Assembly (NCBI RefSeq): GCF_001194135.2
Contig: NC_068999.1
Location: 3,410,515-3,457,723 of the forward strand
Reading direction: 5' to 3'
DNA: 47,209 bases
DNA from: Octopus bimaculoides
Lineage: Eukaryota
The first letter of the stretch is position 1. Each line of letters begins with the position of its first letter. The notes beneath the pieces were generated by a model, which had not been told where the DNA came from, did no database searches, and was given only the letters and a program-made list of their open reading frames with translations. Positions 33,724 through 43,590 of this stretch are shown in pieces. The translations under genes were made by a program, and so were the position numbers.

Positions 33724-35464
33724 CACGCGCGCGTGTGTGTATGCATGCCTGAGTTGATTTACCTACNNNNNNNNNNTGTGTGTGTGTGCGTGTGTGTGTG
33801 TGTGCGTGTGTGTGTGTGTGTGTGTGTGATGAAAATCATTGGGAATGCTGAATTAAATGAGAGGAGGAGAAAGAGGAGATAATAGGGGTAAATAAAAGAG
33901 AGGAGGAGTTGATAGAGAGGAGTAGCTACAGAAGAGAGAGGAGGAGTAGCTACAGAAGAGAGAGGAGGAGTAGCTACAGAAGAGAGAGGAGGAGTAGCTA
34001 CAGAAGAGAGAGGAGGAGTAGCTACAGAAGAGAGAGGAGGAGTAGCTACAGNNNNNNNNNNNNNNNNNNNNNNNNNNNNNNNNNNNNNNNNNNNNNNNNN
34101 NNNNNNNNNNNNNNNNNNNNNNNNNNNNNNNNNNNNNNNNNNNNNNNNNNNNNNNNNNNNNNNNNNNNNNNNNNNNNNNNNNNNNNNNNNNNNNNNNNNN
34201 NNNNNNNNNNNNNNNNNNNNNNNNNNNNNNNNNNNNNNNNNNNNNNNNNNNNNNNNNNNNNNNNNNNNNNNNNNNNNNNNNNNNNNNNNNNNNNNNNNNN
34301 NNNNTTTAGGGTAGATTTTGTAGGGTAGGGACTGAGTGAATGAGGGTTGGGGTGAGATGAAATGAGGGTGATAGAGACAGGGTATTCCTAAAATAGAGAT
34401 AAAAAAACCATTCCCAGACTGGGAGGGGATGGGGACCCATCACTTAAAGAGTGCATGGAGATTCAAAGGTGTTATGGGAATGTGGATGGATCTCCCCCCC
34501 CCACACACACACACACACGCTTTCTCTCTCCCAGCTGCCAAGGACCACACAAGACATTCCAACCCAGTAGAGGCAATATTTCATGGTTCAAGTGGAGGGA
34601 GCTACTGATATTGTACAAGGGATCGATTCAATCAGTTGCTGGAGATGTTAATTATTAATTACCGTATTTTAACGTGTATAAGGAACCCTTTTTTTGTCAA
34701 AAATAGGTTAAAATATATGGGAGTTTCTTACACATGGATAGTATTATAGACATTAATAAATTACTTAATTCCTCAAACTTTGAATCTCCATGACTTACAA
34801 CGTCGCAAGCCTCAGGCCAACACCCAATGGGCTGCAATGTCCTATATCTATATATCTATCTATATATATATATATAGGATGTTGCAGCCTGTGTTCTTGT
34901 TTGTCCCCTGTCCAAGCTTAATTTACGCTTTCGCCACCACAACCTCGTTTAGGCTTAGCAGCCCTTCCTGTTTGTTTTACTGTCCCGTTTGTGTTACCTA
35001 TTTTGACCCTCCGCAAAATCACAAACGTTATTTAATTTGCTTTGCGGAAGCAACTGTTTTATCGAAAGCGTATCTTGTTAAATGCTCGAAAAACGAGACT
35101 AGAAAAACAGCCAACAACTGAAGAAGGGTCGTTCTTCATTTCTTGTGGAATTGGAGGAAACTTATCAGTTCAAAGATGAATTAGAAAAATTAAGTTTGAG
35201 GTTTTTTCAATGAGTTTTTATATTTGCGAACGTTGTCCGGTTCGATCAGATGACACAGGGGGACCAAAAGCACGAAACAAAACAACAAAGAAGGCTACTC
35301 ACCATCAAATTTATTTGTTCTCGATGTGAATAAAGACCGAAGTGGTTCAATAGCTTTTTGCTGGAGTGCTTGGTAATCTTTAGCACTCAGCTCCACCAAC
35401 TGATTTTCCATTCCCTTTGTACAGCAGGTAAGTCCTCCTGACGAACAGAACTGGCCAGCATCAC
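6579..35464 (-). CDS. GPC6: Glypican, GPC4/GPC6/dally-like subfamily; 5'-partial spliced gene, 7 exons seen
   Basis: Manual splicing of 7 GT-AG exons (162+392+166+131+341+167+269 = 1628 nt) with consistent phases gives about 541 aa plus stop. Motifs: [30 protein letters not shown]...[41 protein letters not shown], an SG cluster and a hydrophobic tail. GPC4 versus GPC6 orthology cannot be resolved; the symbol marks the subfamily. Confidence 0.95.
6940..7215 (+). mobile_element. Family A retroposon (RTE-type 3' tail) with internally amplified subunits
   Basis: Tail ccaacccatgccagcatgga...aaacgatgat; alternating ggtgccac/ggtgccatg subunits at 6945-7100. Confidence 0.75.
7640..7920. repeat. C/T-rich degenerate minisatellite ending in (CCT)n, abutting the exon 7 donor
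   Basis: Recurrent cttcactcaaca...cctc units; G-rich on the glypican sense strand. Confidence 0.8.
7930..8096 (-). CDS. GPC6: Glypican exon 7, phase 2/1
   Basis: ctgttag|C GAT TGG ... ATA GAG G|gtgagt; encodes ...[30 protein letters not shown]. The 3' half is clearly homologous. The 5' half is divergent, so the acceptor is less certain. Confidence 0.85.
8330..8790 (-). mobile_element. SINE family B, near full-length, in glypican intron 6
   Basis: Reverse complement shows head ggtaagtagcttgct...ggttcagtcccagtgtggcacc, body accaaagccttgtgagtggatttggtagac and tail ctccagcatggccacagtcaaatgact. Confidence 0.85.
9284..9624 (-). CDS. GPC6: Glypican exon 6, phase 0/2
   Basis: ttcctag|GCT TCT GCC AAA TGT GGC CAC CCA ... 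AAA GAC AG|gtaact; encodes [14 protein letters not shown]...[17 protein letters not shown]...VC...NCWSTNGKD, with 3 Cys. Confidence 0.9.
9660..10150 (-). mobile_element. Family E interspersed repeat with (TTA)n tail, in glypican intron 5
   Basis: About 450 bp alignable to the reverse complement of 46510-46885. Confidence 0.75.
10337..10467 (-). CDS. GPC6: Glypican exon 5, phase 1/0 (absent from the ORF track on this strand)
   Basis: gtgcag|AT GCC CTG ... GAA CAA|gtaagt; encodes (H)[43 protein letters not shown]. Confidence 0.94.
10520..10850 (-). pseudogene. Possible CR1/L2-group LINE 3' relic
   Basis: Fragment [15 protein letters not shown] resembles the post-RT region of CR1/L2-group elements; weak, by-eye similarity. 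Confidence 0.35.
11065..11215 (+). mobile_element. CORE-SINE, 5'-truncated copy
   Basis: gagcaagacactttatttcatgttgct...gttcactcagctgtag.aat.agttgtgac.tcactggtgccaa.ctgtatcgg matches 17930-18218. Confidence 0.75.
12120..12133 (+). promoter_or_regulatory. RFX X-box motif in glypican intron 4
   Basis: GTTGCTATGGAAAC fits GYTRYY-N2-RRHRAC exactly; motif only, no functional evidence. Confidence 0.4.
12435..12615 (+). mobile_element. Family A retroposon 3' fragment
   Basis: ggtgccatgtaaaaagcac...ggttggtgtcaggaagggcatccagcc.tagaaac...caacccatgcca.catg...gacattaaatgatgat. Confidence 0.75.
12664..12771. repeat. 54-bp tandem duplication (2 copies, 3 mismatches)
   Basis: tggaatatgatcaaaagcaacccaaccatgaccac.tctttta.tcag.caaag occurs twice. 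Confidence 0.9.
12918..13083 (-). CDS. GPC6: Glypican exon 4, phase 0/1
   Basis: ttgcag|ATT GAA CCA ... TAT ATA C|gtaagg; encodes [55 protein letters not shown], with 6 Cys. Confidence 0.95.
13179..13364. mobile_element. piggyBac-like MITE
   Basis: Termini CCCTTTAGC...GCTAAACGG flanked by CTAA/TTAA; no ORF. A related degenerate internal sequence lies at about 43155-43320. Confidence 0.65.
13370..13960 (+). pseudogene. Mariner-family transposase relic
   Basis: Frameshifted pieces: [34 protein letters not shown] (like the HTH region W..RFK.G...EDD.RSGRPS), VATKFVSH (like V.AKFVP), YLDVL..L.EAVKKK. Confidence 0.65.
14545..14705. repeat. Compound (GGT)n/(GAT)n trinucleotide tract
   Basis: Direct inspection; the source of the poly-H/P/V/G ORFs. 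Confidence 0.95.
16100..16295 (+). mobile_element. SINE family B, 3' half
   Basis: cgcttgacaac...ccccgtaactta.cggttcggcaaaagagac...gactaaaggcggtgctccagcatggccgcag. Confidence 0.8.
17719..17900 (+). mobile_element. Mariner-like element end (non-coding)
   Basis: gtgctgaaaagttcctggcttt...tattcaacat.ttcccctctcagatt.acacactta resembles mariner 5' terminal regions; the opposite TIR was not found. Confidence 0.45.
17930..18218 (-). mobile_element. CORE-SINE (MIR-core-bearing tRNA SINE)
   Basis: Minus strand shows A box TGATTCAGTGG, B box GAGTTCGATTCC, then CTTGAGCAAGACACTTTATTTCACGTTGCTCCAGTTCACTCAGCTGTAGAAATGAG, alignable by eye to the MIR core CTTGGGCAAGTCACTTAACCTCTCTGAGCCTCAGTTTCCTCATCTGTAAAATGGG. 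Confidence 0.8.
18300..18570 (+). mobile_element. RTE-clade LINE 3' coding relic joined to family A subunits
   Basis: Translates to ...[29 protein letters not shown], resembling the RTE C-terminal G.R.RGRP.K.W.D.V..DL. The downstream block cttgagaagaccc.tcaagc is shared with the family A copy at 26660. Confidence 0.65.
19776..20167 (-). CDS. GPC6: Glypican exon 3, phase 1/0
   Basis: ttttccag|AA TTC TTC ... TCT AAG|gtaagg; encodes (E)[22 protein letters not shown]...[20 protein letters not shown]. Confidence 0.95.
20255..20585. repeat. About 30-bp minisatellite with alternating A/B units (about 60-bp higher-order repeat), about 11 units
   Basis: aatattagc-accataaacaacaccattaaa alternates with aatattagc-cttataaatcatgccatcaaa. 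Confidence 0.9.
21015..21360 (-). mobile_element. SINE family B copy
   Basis: Same head, body and tail blocks as 8330-8790. Confidence 0.75.
21430..21700 (+). pseudogene. RTE-BovB-like LINE C-terminal relic
   Basis: One frame reads [51 protein letters not shown], then [13 protein letters not shown], matching the RTE pattern LK..LK..GI....WE.LA.DR..WR..I..G...FE and the terminal C..F.SRIGL.SH. Confidence 0.7.
23860..24050 (-). mobile_element. Short retroelement body after (AAT)n, containing a decayed minimal hammerhead-ribozyme motif
   Basis: (aat)n-atcgaaaactaccttaggaatgagaacc...gacac-CCGAAGA-a-ggctg(10 nt)cagcc-GAAA-tg-TT-gtgtt... Confidence 0.65.
23918..23963 (-). ncRNA. Minimal type I hammerhead ribozyme motif, probably inactivated
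   Basis: Stem I gacac/gtgtt, stem II ggctg/cagcc, GAAA intact, UH = UU. The core reads CCGAAGA instead of CUGANGA and the stem III tetramer reads AUGU instead of palindromic ACGU. Confidence 0.5.
24052..24176 (+). mobile_element. tRNA-headed SINE, 3'-truncated; same body as 23860-24050, opposite orientation
   Basis: A box TGGCATAGTGG (24060-24070), B box GAGTTCGATTC (24103-24113), (AAT)5, then 34 nt that are 30/34 identical to the reverse complement of 23978-24011. Confidence 0.75.
26660..26975 (+). mobile_element. Family A / RTE-like LINE 3' end with (GAT)n tail
   Basis: ctgggcctcacagaggcaatgac...cactctcggagtggttggtgttaggaagg...ccaacccatgccagcatggacaacggacattaaa(tga)n. Confidence 0.8.
29480..29625 (-). 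mobile_element. CORE-SINE, degenerate copy
   Basis: cagctgaggagactggaacagc.t.aaatgaag..ttttgctcaa.aacacaac...aattgaa.ccacaacc..ctaaccact. Confidence 0.6.
31565..31775. mobile_element. Non-autonomous DNA element (Helitron/Helentron-like), inserted in (AAT)n context
   Basis: tttcatccaaatccatccagcggttcttgagatatcttg...acaaacaaac...aatacctccgcctttgctaaggcagaagta with a terminal imperfect hairpin. Confidence 0.4.
31835..32030 (-). mobile_element. SINE family C copy
   Basis: attgacccccagtg.ttgactggtacttattt.attgaccc..aaaggatga. Confidence 0.7.
32730..32920 (-). mobile_element. Family A 3' fragment
   Basis: Reverse complement of the family A tail blocks. Confidence 0.75.
33200..33600 (-). pseudogene. 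Possible CR1-group LINE RT C-terminal relic
   Basis: [15 protein letters not shown] resembles the RP.LEY.S.VWSP motif; weak. Confidence 0.35.
33912..34051. repeat. 24-bp tandem repeat running into an N gap
   Basis: (gagaggaggagtagctacagaaga)n, about 6 near-identical copies. Confidence 0.95.
34658..34760 (+). mobile_element. Tc2/pogo-like transposon left end
   Basis: TA|CCGTATTTTAACGTGTATAAG resembles CCGTA-type Tc2/pogo TIRs; no matching right TIR found. Confidence 0.4.
35303..35464 (-). CDS. GPC6: Glypican exon 2 (first exon seen), phase 1/1
   Basis: tttcag|GT GAT GCT ... TTT GAT G|gtgagt; encodes (G)[53 protein letters not shown], with 3 Cys. Confidence 0.93.
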
Positions 35465-35591
35465 CTGAAACAGGTAAACAAAATGCAATGGAAACACATC
35501 TACTCAGACATTGGGACACTTACAATGTGTGTGTGTGTGTGTGTGTGTGAACAAAATAAGGTAAAGAAAAGACAAGAGTACACAATACGAG

Positions 35592-35705
35592 GTAGTAACA
35601 GAAGGAAGAACGAGAGGGGAAAGAGAGAGATATAGTAGTAACAGAAGGAAGAACGAGAGGGGGTAAAGAGAGATACGTAATAGTAACAGAGGAAGAACGA
35701 GAGGG
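35592..35705. repeat. About 45-bp purine-rich tandem repeat, 3 copies
   Basis: agtaacaga(a)ggaagaacgagaggg occurs three times. Confidence 0.8.
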
Positions 35706-36086
35706 GGAAAAGTGATAGAGAAAGAGAGAGAGAGTCGCGTCAGAAAATATAAAGTTGAAATAACTACTTACAACATTGGTGACGCTGGCGTTCGGTCATG
35801 TAAAAAGAAATAATAAATGACTATATGCATATATACGTACAGGTATGTGCATACCTACGTCTACCTGTATATATAGGTGCATATCTGGGTACAGGACATT
35901 GCAAACAAAACGTAGACAAAAAAATAATAATANNNNNNNNNNNNNNNNNNNNNNNNNNNNNNNNNNNNNNNNNNNNNNNNNNNNNNNNNNNNNNNNNNNN
36001 NNNNNNNNNNNNNNNNNNNNNNNNNNNNNNNNNNNNNNNNNNNNNNNNNNNNNNNNNNNNNNNNNNNNNNNNNNNNNNNNNNNNNN

Positions 36087-36122
<36 letters not shown>

Positions 36123-36579
36123 GTGTCAATGCAGTTACTAGTTTGATAGAAGAGTGAAGGAAAAGAAAGCAAGAGGAAGAGAAGAGAAAAAGGGAGAAAG
36201 AAAGAGAACAAGAGAAAGAGGGGGTTGGGTGGTGACTAAGCAACAAACAAGCTGAGGAAGGTGGAAAGTTCAATGTTGAACTTTGACCCAATTTACACAG
36301 GGCCCATTGTTGTGATGATGATGATGATGATACTTATGTCTACCCACCCCAACTCCCTATCTACAACTGTAGCTGTAATAGGGGACAGCAGAGGTTGCAG
36401 ACTTAAGTAGAATTAGCAGGAGGAGGAGAGGAATGCATACACACACACACACANNNNNNNNNNNNNNNNNNNNNNNNNNNNNNNNNNNNNNNNNNNNNNN
36501 NNNNNNNNNNNNNNNNNNNNNNNNNNNNNNNNNNNNNNNNNNNNNNNNNNNNNNNNNNNNNNNNNNNNNNNNNNNNNNN

Positions 36580-36618
<39 letters not shown>

Positions 36619-36989
36619 CAATGTTACAGCAGTGGTAGTCGTAGTAAAATAGTAGGGAACAGTAGTAACAGAGCTACTAAGAAAAAGGGACAAAGTGAAG
36701 TGATGGTGGTGCCCCCCCCCACTCTCCGCTGCCAGTCAGAAGATATTAATTCACTATTAGTAAGCTTTTAATAAATAAAAAAAAGGTCTTTCAGTGTAAA
36801 TTTATCCCTCTTCTGTCTCTTATAACACATATTGCTTTATCCCCTAACAATCTGCTAATGTCTCTCTGTATCCTAAACTTCATGTTATCCCACCACCACC
36901 GACCTTTCTCCCTTGTTTCGTGGGCACCGTTTACCATCAGTGGCCCCCTTGAAATCCTTATTATGCTGGACCCAGGCAGCACTTCATCT

Positions 36990-37350
36990 GTCTACATTCT
37001 GAGCTCAACTTATCCTTTCATCCTTTCAGGATCGATGAATTAAGTACCAGTTACACATTGGGGTCGATGTAAGTGACTGGTCCCCTCCCCTAATATTTCA
37101 GGTTTTGTGCCTATAGTAGAAACGATTGTTGTTGTTGTTCTTCTTATTATTATTAAAGTGTCAACCGGCAGAATTGTTATTGCACCAGAGAGAATTTCTT
37201 CTGGCTCATTCCGTTCTGAGTTCAAATTCCACTGAGGTCAACTTTGCCTTTCATCCTTTTGGGGGTCAATGAAATAAGTACCAGTTATGTACTGGTGTCA
37301 ATGTAATCAACTACACCCTTCCCAAAGAATTTCAGGCTTTGTGCCCATAA
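36990..37350 (+). mobile_element. SINE family C, chain of three partial copies
   Basis: The block ctttcatcctttc.gg.tcgat.aa.taagtaccagtta..c.ctggggtcgatgtaa recurs at about 37010-37075 and 37245-37310, with an intervening head (gcagaattgtta...ttctgagttcaaattcc). Confidence 0.7.
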
Positions 37351-37454
37351 TAGAAAGGATTATTATTATTATTGTTGTTACTGTTGCTGGTTAATCAGGA
37401 GAAAATATTACCATATTAATTGTGTTTAAGGTGAGAGAAAAATTAAACACACAC

Positions 37455-37868
37455 ACACGCCAGTGGAGCACTAACAGCACCGTCGAGCGTGTTCATTGCC
37501 AGAGCAGCTGTCTGGCTTCTGTGCTAGTGGCCCGTATAGCATAATCGTTACCAGCATTGCCTTCTAGCACTTGTGCTGGTGGCACGTTAGAAAATCATTC
37601 GAGCGGGATCGTTGCCAGTGGACTGGCACGTAAAAAACACCTTTTGTCCGTGGCCGTTGCCAGTACTTTGTGACTGGCCCTTGTGCCGGTGGCACGTAAA
37701 AGCACCCACTACACTCTCGGAGTGGTTGGCGTTGGGAAGGGTATCCAGCTGTAGAAACTTTGTCAGATCAGATTGGAGCCTGGTGCAGCCTTCTGGCTTG
37801 CCAGTCCTCAGTCAAATCGTCCAACCCATGCTAGCATGGAAAGCGGATGTTAAACGATGATGATGATA
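37455..37868 (+). mobile_element. Family A copy with several ggcacgtaaaa subunits
   Basis: Repeated tggcacgt(a)n blocks, then cactctcggagtggttggcgtt...ccaacccatgctagcatggaaagcggatgttaaacgatgatgat; CpGs well preserved, suggesting a young copy. Confidence 0.8.
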
Positions 37869-38079
37869 TATATACATATACATGCTTTCGGTGCAAACAC
37901 ACTTAGTCACGTTAACAAAGGGATGTGGGTTCGACTCCTACACAGATAGGAAAGCCTTCATTTTTCTGTCAAGGGCTTATATGCCCCTTTATTAGACTAT
38001 TTTCCTTAGTCATTGCATGGTGATCACCATAAGCTTTAAGCTTATATAAAAATACCATATATATATATATATATATATA

Positions 38080-38240
38080 TGTATGAATGGGCTTCTTTTG
38101 GCTTCTACCAAATCAACCCTTAAGGCTTTGGTTGATGCAAGGCTATATAGCAGAAAATACTTGCTCAAGGTGCCACGCAGTGAGACTGAACACAGAACCA
38201 TGTGGCTGGGAAGGAAACTTGTTATCACACAGCCATGCCT
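38080..38240 (-). mobile_element. SINE family B, 5' half
   Basis: ctaccaaatc.accc..aaggctttggt...cttgctcaaggtgccacgcagtgagactgaac. Confidence 0.7.
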
Positions 38241-38364
38241 CCCCACCCATGTGCTTTTGCACTTTTGTTGATTTTGTTTTGTTTTTTAAGCAATACAAGT
38301 CTTGCCAAAGAAATATAGGACCACTACTACTACCAGTCTCTTCTCATTCTAATTTATCTGATTA

Positions 38365-38406
<42 letters not shown>

Positions 38407-38537
38407 ATATGAGGGAGTGGAGTAAGAGCAACATGACACGAGTAACACCCCAATCTCCTCCATCACCACCAATGTGACAAGTTTGTTGTTTTACTTGAAT
38501 GGTGAGGAAACTTGACATATTGGACAAAATTTACAGC

Positions 38538-38575
<38 letters not shown>

Positions 38576-38817
38576 ATTGAAGTGGGTGTGCTTTAAAATA
38601 GGTGTATGAATATGCATGTGTATTGTGTTGAAGTGTGTGTGTGTGTGTGTGTGTGTGTGCTAAAGTGGGTGTGTGGATGCATGTGTGTGAGCTGGAGTGT
38701 GTGTGCGCATGTGCTGGTCGTGTGTGCGTGTGTGTGTGATGATGCAAGAAAAAGGTGAGGTTAAAAAACTAAGACACTGTAGAACCATTTCTACTCCCTC
38801 CCTCCCACATTCACCCC

Positions 38818-39584
38818 NNNNNNNNNNNNNNNNNNNNNNNNNNNNNNNNNNNNNNNNNNNNNNNNNNNNNNNNNNNNNNNNNNNNNNNNNNNNNNNNNNN
38901 NNNNNNNNNNNNNNNNNNNNNNNNNNNNNNNNNNNNNNNNNNNNNNNNNNNNNNNNNNNNNNNNNNNNNNNNNNNNNNNNNNNNNNNNNNNNNNNNNNNN
39001 NNNNNNNNNNNNNNNNNNNNNNNNNNNNNNNNNNNNNNNNNNNNNNNNNNNNNNNNNNNNNNNNNNNNNNNNNNNNNNNNNNNNNNNNNNNNNNNNNNNN
39101 NNNNNNNNNNNNNNNNNNNNNNNNNNNNNNNNNNNNNNNNNNNNNNNNNNNNNNNNNNNNNNNNNNNNNNNNNNNNNNNNNNNNNNNNNNNNNNNNNNNN
39201 NNNNNNNNNNNNNNNNNNNNNNNNNNNNNNNNNNNNNNNNNNNNNNNNNNNNNNNNNNNNNNNNNNNNNNNNNNNNNNNNNNNNNNNNNNNNNNNNNNNN
39301 NNNNNNNNNNNNNNNNNNNNNNNNNNNNNNNNNNNNNNNNNNNNNNNNNNNNNNNNNNNNNNNNNNNNNNNNNNNNNNNNNNNNNNNNNNNNNNNNNNNN
39401 NNNNNNNNNNNNNNNNNNNNNNNNNNNNNNNNNNNNNNNNNNNNNNNNNNNNNNNNNNNNNNNNNNNNNNNNNNNNNNNNNNNNNNNNNNNNNNNNNNNN
39501 NNNNNNNNNNNNNNNNNNNNNNNNNNNNNNNNNNNNNNNNNNNNNNNNNNNNNNNNNNNNNNNNNNNNNNNNNNNNNNNNNNNN
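38818..39584. other. Assembly gap (N run); other large gaps at about 16601-16984, 25648-26203, 30292-30531, 34052-34304 and 41938-42837
   Basis: Runs of n. Confidence 1.
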
Positions 39585-40639
39585 TGACAGCAGTTACTTC
39601 ACAAAGGAATCAGTTCCAGTGTTAGTGATGATGATGATGATGATGATGATGAAGGGACAGCCTTAAATAATTCATAAAAGCATTCTGGGTAAAAAAAAAG
39701 GAAAAGGAAGAACCTGCCCCCCACCCCACCTCCTCTTCCCCGCCCCAGAAATGTTAAAATGTTGGATAATGGGTTTATAAGGCGTCCACTGCCCGAACAA
39801 TGTCCTCTTGTCAATTTTATACAACAGCCCACACCTTGCTGCCTTTACAACTTGCCAATTTAAACAACCACTACCACCACTACCAACACCACACACTCTA
39901 TTATACAGCCCTTACTATAAACACTACCACCACCACCACAAGTAGTAGTAGTAGCAGTAGTAGACTATTACTACTACCATTGCTAGTCCTACAACTACTT
40001 GGACCCCAACTATCTTCTTACTACAGACCATCTCTCTCTATCTCTAACCTCACCCCATCACACCCTCTCTCTCTCTCTCTCTCTCCACTATGGGCCTCAT
40101 CTTCTTCCCCAACAATTCAACAATCCTCATCTCAAATAATGATGACAACAAAATTGTTTTAATTTATTCAAATTTTACTTTTAAATTTGATGGAGAAAAT
40201 GAAAATAAAAAAAAACCCGGTGGTAATTTTTGGCAACAAGGGGGGATAATTTAAAGAGGAACTACAGCCAAATCTCCCTCAAACTTCATCATACCACTTA
40301 CTGTCGTCAGTCGCAAAAAGAAAAAATTCTTTATCGAAGGACCTGTTCAACCACGGTTGACCTGGGGTTAAACAACACCGGACAAGGGACCGTTCTGTTT
40401 CTTAAGTACGATGTCAGCCAGGAACCATTCCATGTATTCACTCTCTCCCCTTCTCTCACACACGCAAGATGGGAATAAAGAACAGCAGCAACATTTTATG
40501 AAGATTATTTCCAAGACTGTTGTGTGTGGTGTTGTAATTGTGAAGTTCTGCGTTCATCTTTTTGCAAAGAGTAGCAGGAAATAATTGAGCAGCTTGTTTT
40601 ATATATATATATATATATATATATTGTGTGTGTGTGTCC

Positions 40640-40900
40640 AACATCGCTTGACAACCGATGTTGGTGTGCTTACGTCCACCGTAACTTAGCGGTTCGGCAA
40701 TAGAGACCGATAGAATAAGTACTAGGCTTACAAAGAATAAATCCTGGGGTCGATTTGCTTGACTAAACGCGGTGCTCCAGCATAGCCGCANNNNNNNNNN
40801 GTACTAGGCTTACAAAGAATAAATCCTGGGGTCGATTTGCTTGACTAAACGCGGTGCTCCAGCATAGCCGCAGTCAAATGACTGAAACAAGTAAAAGAAT
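40640..40900 (+). mobile_element. SINE family B, 3' half, with an assembly-duplicated 72-bp segment across a 10-N gap
   Basis: Matches 16100-16295; 40719-40790 is identical to 40801-40872. Confidence 0.8.
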
Positions 40901-41726
40901 AAAAGAATATATAGACACACAAAGATAGATGTGTGTGTATATATGCATGTATGCGTGTATATATGTGAGATAATAGTTTCAGTATTAAAGTGAAACTATT
41001 AAAGTGAGAATATCTGACATTACAATAGTGAGATGCTATTGTTTCCCTTTTGACACGTAATACTGCAATGGTGGAGGAAATGTGATATTGTTCTGGGCTC
41101 GCACTTGGCAAGAAGTTAAAAAAGATTTGGGGCCTAAGACACTACAAGTAAGGCATGTGTAAAATTTGAATGAAATTGGTTGTGTTGTTCTCAAGTTTTA
41201 GGGATTCAGACAGACAGACATCCTCATCTTTATATATATATATAGATTATATGTGTGTGTGTGTGTTATATAGTCACACAGGCAAATACATTTTATACAC
41301 ACAATAAAACAAGGTAAAAAGAATATGAATGAACAAAGAGGTGGGGTTTTTTTTTATCACAGCAAATATTTCAGTTTGTTTCCTACTGTAAAAGGTGAGG
41401 GGTAGTGTGATAGGGTGGGTGTGAGGAGAGAAAAAGAGAGAGAGAGAGACAGTAACCTGTTCAGTTCACTAAATTACCTCTTTTCCTCTGTTAAACCTTA
41501 TTGTTACACGTACACGCAGAGATACACCTATGAATACACAGAGATACATCTTTAAACATACAGATACAACTATAAATACACAGAGAGATACATCTTTAAA
41601 CACACCCACACATCCACACCTCACACCCGTTGTCCTTACACCGCCGCCGCAACTCCAGAAGAGAGACATCACCAAACCACTACCATGTACTTTCTCTGTG
41701 CGAACGCTACTAACATCTATCACTAA

Positions 41727-41758
<32 letters not shown>

Positions 41759-43321
41759 ATAAATTGATTAAGAAGGGGTAAAAGAAAACTAAGAAAACGC
41801 TTGACACGCTAGAAATAGCAGCCAAATTCCCTTCAAACTTATATTACTAACTTTAAAAGAAAGAAACCACGACAAACAATCTAAATAACATTTGATATTC
41901 AGAAAAGACATGATGGTCATGGTTGAAATGCTCTTAANNNNNNNNNNNNNNNNNNNNNNNNNNNNNNNNNNNNNNNNNNNNNNNNNNNNNNNNNNNNNNN
42001 NNNNNNNNNNNNNNNNNNNNNNNNNNNNNNNNNNNNNNNNNNNNNNNNNNNNNNNNNNNNNNNNNNNNNNNNNNNNNNNNNNNNNNNNNNNNNNNNNNNN
42101 NNNNNNNNNNNNNNNNNNNNNNNNNNNNNNNNNNNNNNNNNNNNNNNNNNNNNNNNNNNNNNNNNNNNNNNNNNNNNNNNNNNNNNNNNNNNNNNNNNNN
42201 NNNNNNNNNNNNNNNNNNNNNNNNNNNNNNNNNNNNNNNNNNNNNNNNNNNNNNNNNNNNNNNNNNNNNNNNNNNNNNNNNNNNNNNNNNNNNNNNNNNN
42301 NNNNNNNNNNNNNNNNNNNNNNNNNNNNNNNNNNNNNNNNNNNNNNNNNNNNNNNNNNNNNNNNNNNNNNNNNNNNNNNNNNNNNNNNNNNNNNNNNNNN
42401 NNNNNNNNNNNNNNNNNNNNNNNNNNNNNNNNNNNNNNNNNNNNNNNNNNNNNNNNNNNNNNNNNNNNNNNNNNNNNNNNNNNNNNNNNNNNNNNNNNNN
42501 NNNNNNNNNNNNNNNNNNNNNNNNNNNNNNNNNNNNNNNNNNNNNNNNNNNNNNNNNNNNNNNNNNNNNNNNNNNNNNNNNNNNNNNNNNNNNNNNNNNN
42601 NNNNNNNNNNNNNNNNNNNNNNNNNNNNNNNNNNNNNNNNNNNNNNNNNNNNNNNNNNNNNNNNNNNNNNNNNNNNNNNNNNNNNNNNNNNNNNNNNNNN
42701 NNNNNNNNNNNNNNNNNNNNNNNNNNNNNNNNNNNNNNNNNNNNNNNNNNNNNNNNNNNNNNNNNNNNNNNNNNNNNNNNNNNNNNNNNNNNNNNNNNNN
42801 NNNNNNNNNNNNNNNNNNNNNNNNNNNNNNNNNNNNNTCCATTCACAAATATTATTCTGGCGCCACCCTCAAAGCTCTACTGAAACAACAATCTCACCCT
42901 ACCCCTAACGGCATATCACATGGGTGTATGTTATTTGACATCTTACCCCCCCCCCAAATGGCCTCACATGTAGGTATATAAAGATGGTACAACATTTGGA
43001 ATCTCATCTACCTTTAATGATTTAGGGTGACGTAGCATCTCACACCTGTCTATCTGCCCTTGGTCAATTATTTTCGTAATAAAACCCTTTAAAATCCTCA
43101 CCTTTAAGGTATCCCGAGTCCTTACTCTTTTTCAGATATGTGAGTGCTCAACATTTTAACATTTAAATGAGCCATATCCAGCCCAGATAATCTACCTGTT
43201 CTGTTTAAACTGGCCACGCCTGGCCTCTCACACCCATCCGACAATGTTTTTTTTTTTTTAAAACTAAGCAATCACATTGTGAAAATGTCTGAGCTACAAG
43301 ATAATGCACGATTAATTCAAT

Positions 43322-43590
43322 CATCATCGTTTAACGTCCGCTTTCCATGCTAGCATAGGTTGCAGGGTTTGACAGAGGGCTGGCAAGCCAGAAGGCTGCA
43401 CCAGGCTCCAATCTGATCTGGCAAGGTTTCTACAGCTGGATGCCCTTGCTAACGGCAACCACTCCGAGAGTGTAGTGAGTGCTTTTACGTGCCACTGGCA
43501 TGAGGGCCAGTCAGGCGGTACTGGCATGGGCCACGCTCAAAAGGTGCTTTTTACGTGCCACCTGCACAGGAGCCAGTCCAGCGTGTCCCT
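43322..43590 (-). mobile_element. Family A copy, closely similar to 37650-37868
   Basis: The two translate to near-identical spurious peptides (TTLSEWL...[13 protein letters not shown]...QPMLAWKADVKR), which reflects DNA identity. Confidence 0.8.

Noticed and set aside
33909-34328. (RRERRSSY)n ORF
   Set aside because: Translation of a 24-bp tandem repeat plus an N gap.
40719-40872. Perfect 72-bp direct repeat flanking a 10-N gap
   Set aside because: Identical sequence on both sides of a placeholder gap is typical of unmerged contig overlap, not a biological duplication.
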